A stretch of DNA of 63,329 nucleotides, filler included, from Octopus bimaculoides (lineage: Eukaryota), in assembly GCF_001194135.2 (NCBI RefSeq). It is 5 parts of 4 records of this genome, joined end to end, with 100 filler letters (N's around TTAATTAATTAA, not from the genome) between each part and the next. Parts side by side here need not be neighbours in the genome. Positions count along the whole stretch, not along the records: positions 46,847 to 60,380 come from NC_068984.1; positions 60,481 to 63,329 come from NC_068989.1; 3 more parts are not named here. One strand, 5' to 3'. The position numbers and the translations under genes are program-made. The notes beneath the pieces are model-generated. The model saw only the letters and a list, made by a program, of their open reading frames with translations. It was not told where the DNA came from and searched no databases. Shown here piece by piece: positions 53,294 to 63,329 of the stretch. Within the stretch, counting starts at the first letter, position 1; each line of letters starts with the position of its first letter.

Positions 53294-53609
53294 AGAGGAG
53301 AGGGCGGCTAGTCTTTTAAACGTATTTTTGATGATTTACCTAGCAAATTATCACTGAAATATTTGTAAGTGTTTACATCCATTGTTTGTTACAAAAGGTC
53401 ACTTCAGTTAGATGCTATGCTACGTCAATCTCGCAGCAACGAAAAGTTTATAAAACATCTGCGTTTCCATACAGCGTTATAACTCTATAACTCTATTTTC
53501 TCTACCTTCTTTTGCAATATGTACTCATTATGCAATATGTACATATACATATACATATACAAAATGTATAATATAAAACACATACACACAGGCATATAAA
53601 TGTATATAC

Positions 53610-53649
<40 letters not shown>

Positions 53650-53664
53650 ATTGTTATATACACA

Positions 53665-53703
<39 letters not shown>

Positions 53704-53713
53704 NNNNNNNNNN

Positions 53714-53747
<34 letters not shown>

Positions 53748-54755
53748 TATATATATATATGCAGGTAGATATGTGTATATGTATGTATATATAATAAGAT
53801 ATGTATTAATTGCTTACAACGGAACAGTTGGGAAAACACACTATAAGATATTGCATATGATGTTAAAAGTGATATTTCGTAATCTTTGAAATATTTTATA
53901 TGACGACAATTTGTATAGATAGGCGTTAATTTCATTAGCCCAATCTAATGGCTGTGTAAAGATCAGCTAGTAGACATGTATTTAATTAAGATTCTGCCTT
54001 AATTACTGAGAAATTATTGACACTTTGACTGATAGCAAGCCAAAGTTCATTCTACATTTAATGAATAAAAGACGGAGAAGGAATGGACGAATAGCTTAAA
54101 TTGAATTTTGAATCCGGTGAACATCGGATTCAATATTTTTTTAAATGCTCTTGTATAGGAAATCTATTAGGTGAAATCACGAGATATTTCATAGTACTGA
54201 CAGCATAAATGTGATATAAATTAATACTTGCTGCAATAGTTGAATAGCCAGGAAGCGATTAATAGTTTTTCATCACAAAATTTGTTACATTTAAGTATTT
54301 AATTATTTCACAGAAGGTTAATGAAATACCCAGCAAATAGAATATACAGCTTATGTATTGAAAATGATTACAATTAGGTTATTCTTTACTGTGTATATAC
54401 TAGAAGCATTGCTTGTCGCATGACACCAAAATGGATATGGAATTCAAGCATACAGACATTGTTATGGATATGAAACAATATTTCCAACTGTACACTAAAA
54501 AAGAATTCTAGTGTTTTAACCTTGAGACAGTACATGCATTTTCAAAAAAACCTTAATTTAAACGAAAACCAAATATCGGATTAAATAGTAATAAAAGTCA
54601 CTGCAGAACATAAGTAAATCCTTGAAGCTGGATTCTTGGTAGTTCAAGTCTCACTACGCTCTCAACTCATTAGATTTGTCTTTAATTTTACGTCTAGTTT
54701 TGTCTTTATAAATTTTCACAATTAATTTTTACAGCTATTTCTTAGCCACGCTTAC

Positions 54756-54790
54756 TTCTACTACAGGGCACACCAAATATGTAATATGCT
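54756..54790 (-). other. Candidate 35-nt small exon
   Basis: cttctattttcaag|AGCATATTACATATTTGGTGTGCCCTGTAGTAGAA|gtaagc; two frames are open. Confidence 0.25.
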
Positions 54791-56249
54791 CTTGAAAATA
54801 GAAGCTTAAGTTAAATAAATAAAAGCAGAACATTGACCAACATAGTCTGGCACCAGATTAAGGTTATAAAGCATTTTAGTATCAACGTCTCCCTTTTTGA
54901 ATTCATTTATTCGTATTTGTTATTTTATTTCTAATTTATTATAAATATGTAACCTATTTTACAGTAGACGATTCAGTAGATTAAACATCTTGAATTCGTA
55001 GTTTGCGCTCGGTGTCAAATCAAATACATTTATTTCTTGCTGAAAGAATACTATTAATTGTTTTTAATCAATCATCGATTAGTATGCTGTTAAAATAGTA
55101 GAAATAATTAGTCTAAGATATAGGAAATAAGAGCTATTACAGAAGCTTAGAACAGAGCATTTAACACAGAGGCTATTCCCAGTAACCAACTAGATGAATG
55201 GCAACATCGTAAAGTAGGGTTTTCAAAACACACATTATGTGATGCCACATTAAACTATTAGTAAACTCTGGCATCATTTTTAATTGTTTTCATATATTTA
55301 GTAGCTTTCATAATTAGCAGTTCTTACATATTTATAGCTCTTCTATAGAATATGCTTCCGGGTTACTCAACCACTGTGTTATGAAAGAACACAATTGACC
55401 TTGAAATTGAGAGCGCACTCACACACAGATACGCACACGTATAGACACACATACACACAAACACACACGCATACACACTCACACATACCCATGCATACAC
55501 ACTCACACACACACGCATACACACTCACACACACACAATGTATGTGTCTGCGTGTATGTACATAACACAAAAGTATACATCTACTTCATTAGCACTCACC
55601 GTTAACTCGGTTTCAGAAAATTTACCGTATATGGAATGATATTTTTCAGGCCAGAATCGAAGACATATATATATATTGACAATAACGATACCATGGTAAA
55701 CAGAATTGTATCCAATCCACAAAGGATAAATAGAGAATATATTTCTCTTCCGTGTTACAATACAAAGAAACTGTGCCGTATATTTTGTATTCCTATATTG
55801 GTTATTCTATATTTCCTACATCCAGAAGATTTTGAAATTGTACTTATGTATGAAAGGCATCTGCGAGATTAAACCTATCCATTAGGCGCGTTCATACAAT
55901 TCTCGTAGAGCATTTATTTCGCAGCCTAAATGAAACCGATAATTCTTTTATTCGTGATAGAGACTCATTTTCCAAATAGAAACTTTGATAATTTGTTCAT
56001 TTTTATTTGAACGTTTTAGTAAATATTCACTGTAATTTTTCATCTTTTGATTTATTAATTTGCTTTACAATAATATCCTTTGGATAAGCGTTTAATTACA
56101 TTTTGAAGTGATTGGATAACTATCATAATTTTGTTATTGGGTTATAAGGAAATAGTTTCGATTAAAAGACAATATAAGGAGACAATGTTCTTTTGAAATA
56201 TTTGAAACACGCAAGCAAACTTCGAAGTACTGGAAAATTGACTAATTAA

Positions 56250-56460
56250 TAAAATGACTACATCAATATTGATCGCATTCTTTGCCATTTCTGGACTATT
56301 CTGCCTCCAGATATATCTATTCATAATAAATGGCGCCTTTTTCAGAAGGAAATGTCATATCAAGTAACCCCTGTAGTTCCTAGGAAACGAAGGAAAGGAA
56401 GGCCTACAACACGTATTTCATTTGCACGCAATTCATTCATAAGTAAAGAGCAATGCTATA
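56250..56460 (+). mobile_element. Possible decayed LINE linker fragment
   Basis: LPPDISIHNKWRLFQKEMSYQVTPVVPRKRRKGRP resembles the D....W..F.......P.K..K.R linker between APE and RT; weak. Confidence 0.3.
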
Positions 56461-57109
56461 TTCTGTTATATTTACTCACACATTAAATAACTAAAGGAAA
56501 ATATTGACGTTAACTATTGTATTGTCTGTTATATTAATAAGAAGCATAGTTTATGTTCGAAACTGTATATTTCTTATCCATCTGAAAGTGGTGGCATGAC
56601 AAGTGCAGGCATCAAGCATCATTCAGTGATACAGAGCGGAGAAACGTAATCCTTAGTGTATCACGCGATAATTAACTGGATTAATATACACTGATTTAAG
56701 GATTTCAAATTTTGGCAAAACACCAGCAATTTTGTAGGAGAGAATGACTCGATTATATCGACCCCAGTCAGTGTTCAACTGATACTTATTTTATAGATCT
56801 CAAAAGGACATGAGTCGCATTCGACCTTAGCAGAATTTGAACTCAAATCGTAAAGAAGGACGAAATGTCGCTAAGCATTTTGTCCAGCGTGCTAATGATC
56901 CTCCCAGCGTGCATTCTTTTACTTGTTTCAGTGATTTGACTGCGGCCATGCTAGAGTACCACCTCTACACGAAGAAATCGACGCCAGGACTTATTCTATT
57001 GGTGTCTTTTTCCCGAACCGCGAAGTGACGGGGACGTAAACACATAAAATCAGTTGTCAAGCGAAAGTGGTGGCGGCAAACACAAATGACAAATACATAC
57101 ATACATACA

Positions 57110-57162
<53 letters not shown>

Positions 57163-57169
<7 letters not shown>

Positions 57170-57310
57170 CGACGGGCTTCTTTCAGTTTCCGTCTACCAA
57201 ATCCACTCACAAAGCTTTGGTCGGCCTGAAGCTGTAGTAGAAGACATTTGCCCAAAGTGCCACGCAGAGCGAGTGTATCCGGAACCATGTGGTTGTGAAG
57301 CAAGCTTCTT
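57163..57310 (-). mobile_element. CORE-type SINE (family C) body, separated from its head (58995-59022) by an insertion
   Basis: Starts aagaagcttgcttcacaaccacatggttcc; the missing ggtgcaggagtggctctgtggt head lies 1.7 kb away. Confidence 0.9.
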
Positions 57311-58994
57311 TATTTCATAAATTAGCTATGGAAGCCGTACATTGATGGGACAAACAAGGCCACACAAGCATAGAAGGTGAAGAAATTGCTTATTATGAAC
57401 GAAAATGTTTCGAATGTTAAAATATATATGTCGAGCGACTTTCTTGAACCTCTTAATACAACTTTTTTTCAGATCCTGGTTTATAACACTATTTACAACA
57501 ACTACTTTTCATTTTTACGCAAAATGTTTATATTATATTTTTAAAATATCAAAACAGCTTACCCGTTTTGGCATTGGGCTGGTGTCTATTTTCTTTACCC
57601 AACACTCATAGTCACAACTTTCCTCATAATCCTTTAAACTTGAAAGGCACCCCGAGTCTGCCATGACACAGCGCATGTACTCGGGCAAACCCCTCACTCT
57701 TGTTATATCCACTTATATCACTCTATCCTATGAGTTTATCTCATTATCAAGTATTTCATTTTCTCCATCATACAGTATAGCATATTTTTCATTACTGGAC
57801 GAGCGTGGGGGAAATTTGAAGCTCCTGTGTGCTTGTGCTTGTTTTTATGTCAAGGTGGGGCATGGAGAGGGTTGGTGTCTGTCGGCAGTGGTTAGGGGGA
57901 GTGTGAGCATGGGTGGGAGTCGGGTAAATTTGGGAAGGGCGTCGTCATTTACAACGTGTACTCCTTTTCGTTTCTTTCTTTTTTCTTACCAGCAGCTTCC
58001 CATCCGTTCCTTTCCTTGTTCACTTCCTCCTCCTCGACGCTGGTACTGGTCTTCGTCGGTGATGAAGTCACGATTTCCTTCTCGTTCTCTTTATCCTTAA
58101 CGAGTGGTGGTGGAGAACAGTCCGCTCTAATGTGGCCTTTCAGGCCACATATATAGCACCGTGGGATCCTTCCACTCAAGCTCTGAATGTTGATTCTCCG
58201 ACCGTGATGATCTCGACCATATTTTCAGTACTTCTGCTACTTGTACCACCATATCGAGGCCTTGTCCTTGCAAGTTCTTGTGGGGTATCCTAGTGGCTTG
58301 GAGGACCACCACCTTCGCCACCATACCCAGCAGTGTGGAAGCTACCAACCAGACCACATCCACTTCTGGAGGCATTCCCTGTACCCTAACCCTGGACGCA
58401 CGTCTCCCAGGGTATACGGTTCGAAACACCACTTCATCCGTTTTCAATGGTATTGTCGAGTGCAGCCTGGTGGTAGCGACGTCTCGGACCTCACCTCCAC
58501 TGTTCCACACTTTTTTTCCTTTGGCAAGATAGGAAATCCTTTGCCAGATTGGTCTAAGTGCCTTTTCAACTTGCGCTGTCGACATGACCTCAGTTCTCTT
58601 GGCTGCTACAGAATACGTCCTGTAAATAATTGTTCTTTCTTGTTTCTACTTTAAAACTTCTTTGGAAGGGAACACCTTCATTTCTTTTCCCTCCCTGTTA
58701 AGCATTTCTTAAAAAATTCACTTAATTCTTCCAGACTCACGTCTTCACTTTATCTTCTTTTGCCGCTGCAGCATAATTTTTTGTTTCCATTTTCTCATCA
58801 ATTCTTTCTAAACATTCTACCATCTTTTCCTCAGACGACACAAAGTCCAAAGTAGGATAGTTCACAAAGTGTGAATAATTCAAGCCTTCACAGCTCTTCA
58901 CCCGACGCCCCTCTATTAAACAAGAGGAAAAACATCTCAAAAATCACGTGTGTTACACTCAAAATCAACAACCCAGCTGACAAACTCTATACCA
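57311..58994 (-). mobile_element. Tx1/L1-type non-LTR element carrying ORF1 only (HAL1-like), degenerate ORF1
   Basis: ORF1 pieces METKNYAAAAKE, ...FRTVYPGRRASRVRVQGMPPEV and the CCHC knuckle GRIPRCYICGLKGHIRADC; no APE/RT motifs; 14-bp TSD gaagcaagcttctt at 57297-57310 and 58995-59008. Confidence 0.85.
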
Positions 58995-60184
58995 GAAGCA
59001 AGCTTCTTACCACAGAGCCACTCCTGCACCTTATTGGCTTATTTAATAATGCTTTTTACTAAATGAACAAGGCTTGAAAGTTTGGGGTAGGTGCCAGTCG
59101 AGTATATCGATCACAATACGCAGCTGGTATTTATTTCATTGATTTCGAAGCCTCGCCGCCTTATAGGCTGATGTAACAATGTCTACAAATGAGACAGTTG
59201 TGGGTATTCGTTCCGTCATATGTTCGGTGCTATATCTTAGATTCAATTCTTTCAGTCATGAATTGTCAGTTTTTATTGTAAGCAGAAGTATTTATGCAAT
59301 AGAACTTTTGAATATCTTTTAAATTTGAATGTTGAGTGTATGGAACACTGCTTCCGACAGTATGACAGTATAAATATGTGTTGCCAAACAAGAGTCATCA
59401 TAAATTAAAACCTACTGGAATCAAAACATTTTATCAACCTCTACTGTTTGTGATTTTTTTTTTGTTTCCTCTCTAATATTTTCACCCCATGAATTGTAGT
59501 AAAAGTAAATGAACGGACACAACCTTGTCTGTTTCAGAGTTATAAGCGTAAAATATAATTCAGTCTCTTTACTTTCTGAATTTATTTTCTGCCAGATCAA
59601 TTTCGTTTTCATGCTTTGAAGCTTAACAAAAAATAATGTATCACTCAAGTGCCAATATAGTCGTAACCGACTTGCTGCCTAAAGATTGCTGGCCTTGCAC
59701 CAAACTTACAAAGATGTATTATTAATATCAGTATAATAATTTTACAAAGCGGCCAGTTTGCATAGTCGTTAGCACACCGGACGTAAGATCTTAGCGTCAG
59801 TTTTCTGTCTACCTTCTGAGTTCAAATTAAACTGCCATCGATTTGCTGTTCATCCGTTTGGGGTCCTTCATATAAATAACTGTTTAGCACTGGGATCGAT
59901 ATAACCAACATACCACAATCTAAACGTTTTATAACTTGGACTTAATATTGTTATAGCTGTCATTAGAATTATTGATATTCTGTTATCATCCCTACTATCT
60001 ATTATTATTTTAAAGCTCCATTTCATTACCGCTACATTCACTGTTGTTCTTAATTGAAAAGCCAATACGCTCTCACTCCGTACATGCAACGCTGTTGTAT
60101 GACATCACTTTTCAGAGTAAGAGGTCACTAGATGAGTTTAAATACACGCCCACAATATATATCTATATGTATGTATGTATGTCT

Positions 60185-60252
<68 letters not shown>

Positions 60253-60503
60253 ATGCACACGCTTATGTATGGTGACGAAAACCGATATTCCATGTGACAG
60301 GCTTGATCATTGTTACAGGATTCCTCAACGTGAAACAAATGCTAGCCGTAATCCACAAATAAATAATTTTTATCCACTATNNNNNNNNNNNNNNNNNNNN
60401 NNNNNNNNNNNNNNNNNNNNNNNNTTAATTAATTAANNNNNNNNNNNNNNNNNNNNNNNNNNNNNNNNNNNNNNNNNNNNATATATATATATATATATAT
60501 ATA

Positions 60504-61650
60504 CTAGCAGAATATCCAGCATTGCCCAGGATAAGAAAAGCTATAAAATGACCCAAAGTGGTTCTTAATGAAGGTATAACCAATATTATAATGTGTTATT
60601 TGATTTATCTTGGCAAGTTAATTGTTACGTAAGAAAATGAATTGTTTTCACTACATTTATAGCAATCCAGTGTGTAATGAATGCACTGTCCTATAGATAC
60701 AGATTTGGTATGAATAATATATTTCATGATCTGTGTTATAGAAATATATCAAATTTTTGTATATGAAATAAAAAGAGATATTTGAGTGAAAGTGAAAACA
60801 GTTATATTTCATTTGAAACTATTATATTGTTACACACCTCAGGATATATTTGTCTCATTTATAGTCTTGTTAGTGTTGTCTTTCTGCTTCAGAATGATAT
60901 TGCTTTTGCAGTGTAGCTCTCCACGCATGATAACAGCAACCTTATTGTATTCAGATGCATAAGAACAACATGTATGTTCATCCATTACGATCTGAAACTT
61001 CAAGGAGGGGATGACTTCAAGGCAGATTTGAAACTCCTAATATAACAGTTTTTTGGCATCAATCATACCTTGAAGTTTAAGAATCAAGTAAAACCATGTG
61101 CCTGAGGAGATTGCTTTTCTATTATGAGTCTGTCTGTTTGAATCATCAACAAAGTACAGCTATAGAAACTATGACTCTTCACTATAAAGGAACTGAAGTG
61201 AATCTTATGATAGATTTTCCCTTGTAACTTGAAAATTGTCCTGAAATCCCTTTCCCATTTGGAAAGCTATGTTACCTCATGTTCTTACAAATATGCATTT
61301 GAAAATTACTATTTGTAGATCTCTCAACGAGAAATATTTAGCAACAGTACACGTGAGTAAAGATTATTTGCCAACATAACATGGCAGTCCTAGTTTAGAT
61401 GCATTTATTCCTCAGTAATGACTATAAGAAGCTGTTTTAGGGACACTGGTGGATCAGCAAGGACTGATAGATTAACTTTCCCATTGGAACAACTCAATGC
61501 ATTTGTCTTGTTTATATATATTGGTTAAGCACTTATCACAGATTTTGAACATGATATCAACTAGGGACTACTTTTTCAGAAGCATAATCATGTTATGTTT
61601 CTTCTGCCTCACACTCTGGCAAGTTTTTGTGGGGAACTGTATGTTTTAGA
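60504..61650 (-). mobile_element. Helitron derivative (N-terminal Rep-region fragments joined to an intact 3' terminus)
   Basis: CSNGKVNLSVLADPPVSLKQLL and NKVAVIMRGELHCKSNIILKQKDNTNKTINET resemble Helitron RepHel N-terminal motifs; 3' hairpin atcctgggcaatgctggat plus CTAG followed by T. Confidence 0.8.
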
Positions 61651-61979
61651 GAGAGATAGAAGGGGGAAACAGAAAAATACATAACAATATTCACAATTAG
61701 TAGGCAATGAGGAAAACAAACTAAAGTTGTAAGGGAGAAAAAGTGCTTGAGAGTAAGAGAGAGAGAGAGAGAGAGAGCATATGAGAAACGAAAAAGAATA
61801 AAGAATGGGAACAAAAATAAGACAAAGTGTTTGAAAGGAGGCAGTAGTAGAGGACAAATGAATATTATATAAAAATAAGAGGGTGGGAGGAGAAACAGAC
61901 ACACAAGGATGTGTGTTTGTATCTCCTTGTCTTTATGTCCTGTGCTAGTTGTAAACAAATGTCACCAATATATTTCATT

Positions 61980-63013
61980 CATTAGCAATCTTCTGTGAAA
62001 TCATGTCTTACATTGTGCTGTTAATATTCACAGGACTAAGATATATGCATATATTGCAGAAGTATTAAGCTAAGAGTAAATCATTGTACTTGGAATTCAT
62101 TGAGCTGGAGAAAGCCTTTGACAGGGTCCCTCACTCTCTAATCTGAGGCTTGTACAAATGGTTTGTGAAATCTGTACAATCTGTACAGGTGTGAAGCCAG
62201 TAAGGTAAGAGTACAGATAGGAGTTCACCTGGTCTCAGTTGTCAGTCTCCTCCTATTCATTATTGTTTTCTAGGATGTAACAGGAATTTAAGTATATGGC
62301 AGCTGCCCCTTGCAACTGCCATATACTGATGTTCTCAATGGAACCTGTAACAGAATTAGAAAAGAAAGTCCTGGTGTGGATGTAAAACCTGGAATCAAAG
62401 TCCCTTAAAGCTAACTTAGCAAAAACCAAAGTTCTAGTCAGCAGGAAAATAGACAGAACTCTAACCACTTCAGGCAAATGATTCTGTTTGATGTGTAGGC
62501 AGTAACTAGTGAAGCTATGGGCACACGAGGTACAGTGGAATCACTGGAAGGTTTACAGAGAAAATAGCATTTATACATGGAAGATCTGCAGGAGCAATGA
62601 ACACTAAGGACATGGGAAGTAGATTTTCTCAAATGCCCTGGAGGAAATCATTTCTGTTACCTGATTAAGCTAATCAGCAGTAGAGGAGGATGTTCCAAAA
62701 GTATGGCTGCTAGAATAAGAATAGGATGGATAAAATTCAGAGAGCTTTTACCTTTGTTGGCAACAAAGAGTCTCTCTCTCAGAGTGAAAGGCAGATTTCT
62801 GATGCTTGTGTATGAACAGCAATACATGGTAGTGAGACATGGGCCCTGAATGCAGAGGGTATGTGAAGACTAGAGGAGAATGAAGCTAGTATATTCCATT
62901 GGCTGTGTAATGTCTGTGCATCAGATGTATTGTGCAAGAGAGAAGATTGAGCTGGTTTGGTTGCGTGGCGCATATGGATAAGAACAACTGAACAGAGAAA
63001 TGCTGATCACTTA
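61980..63013 (+). mobile_element. RTE-clade LINE RT fragment, degenerate, cut off by an LTR
   Basis: ..LEKAFDRVP, GVHLVSVVS, and RRLSWFG.V.HM motifs. Confidence 0.8.
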
Positions 63014-63303
63014 TGTTATATGGACTGTTAGATAGGTAATTCGTCTGACGTTCCGTGTGTCATGTGGTTCGTCTGAGTTCATTGTTTCATTGTTGTTGTC
63101 TTGTGGGACTGTCGTAGTAAAATGTCATTGATATATATATGGCGGACATGACTTTTGTTTATTCATAACGAACATTGGGTGAGTGCGTTCTTTGTATGTA
63201 ATTGAACAATAAATGTAATAATTAAATTGTATAACTCGTTATGTTATCTCTGCGAGTCAGTCCGAGGGAAACATAACAGAGTTTATTGGCGTCGCCGATA
63301 GGA
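63014..63303 (+). mobile_element. 5' LTR (63014-63278) and primer-binding site of an LTR retrotransposon (Gypsy-like)
   Basis: TGTTAT...ATAACA inverted ends, an internal aataaa, then TGGCGTCGCCGATAGGA 8 nt downstream. Confidence 0.6.
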
Positions 63304-63329
63304 CCGATAGGATACATGCTTACTTTACC

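Overview
AT-rich eukaryotic scaffold with many gaps, microsatellites and tRNA-derived SINEs. The repeat content is typical of an Octopus genome; the species is inferred, not shown. I could not confidently identify any host protein-coding exon, and most ORFs in the track are microsatellite or N-gap artefacts. Recognisable coding remnants all belong to mobile elements: CR1/L2, R4/Dong, two near-full-length RTE LINEs, an ORF1-only Tx1/L1-type element, a Helitron derivative, a mariner MITE and the 5' LTR of an LTR retroelement. The strongest unusual signal is a 1.7 kb ORF1-only (HAL1-like) Tx1/L1 element sitting inside a SINE tRNA head with a perfect 14-bp target-site duplication. Its 3' end matches the tail of the most abundant SINE in the window, and that SINE tail recurs at one position of other SINE heads. 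Other points of interest are four distinct Penelope-type minimal hammerhead ribozyme motifs, close inverted SINE pairs that could be ADAR substrates, and minus-strand AG|GTAAGT sites and microexon candidates that hint at a long-intron host gene.
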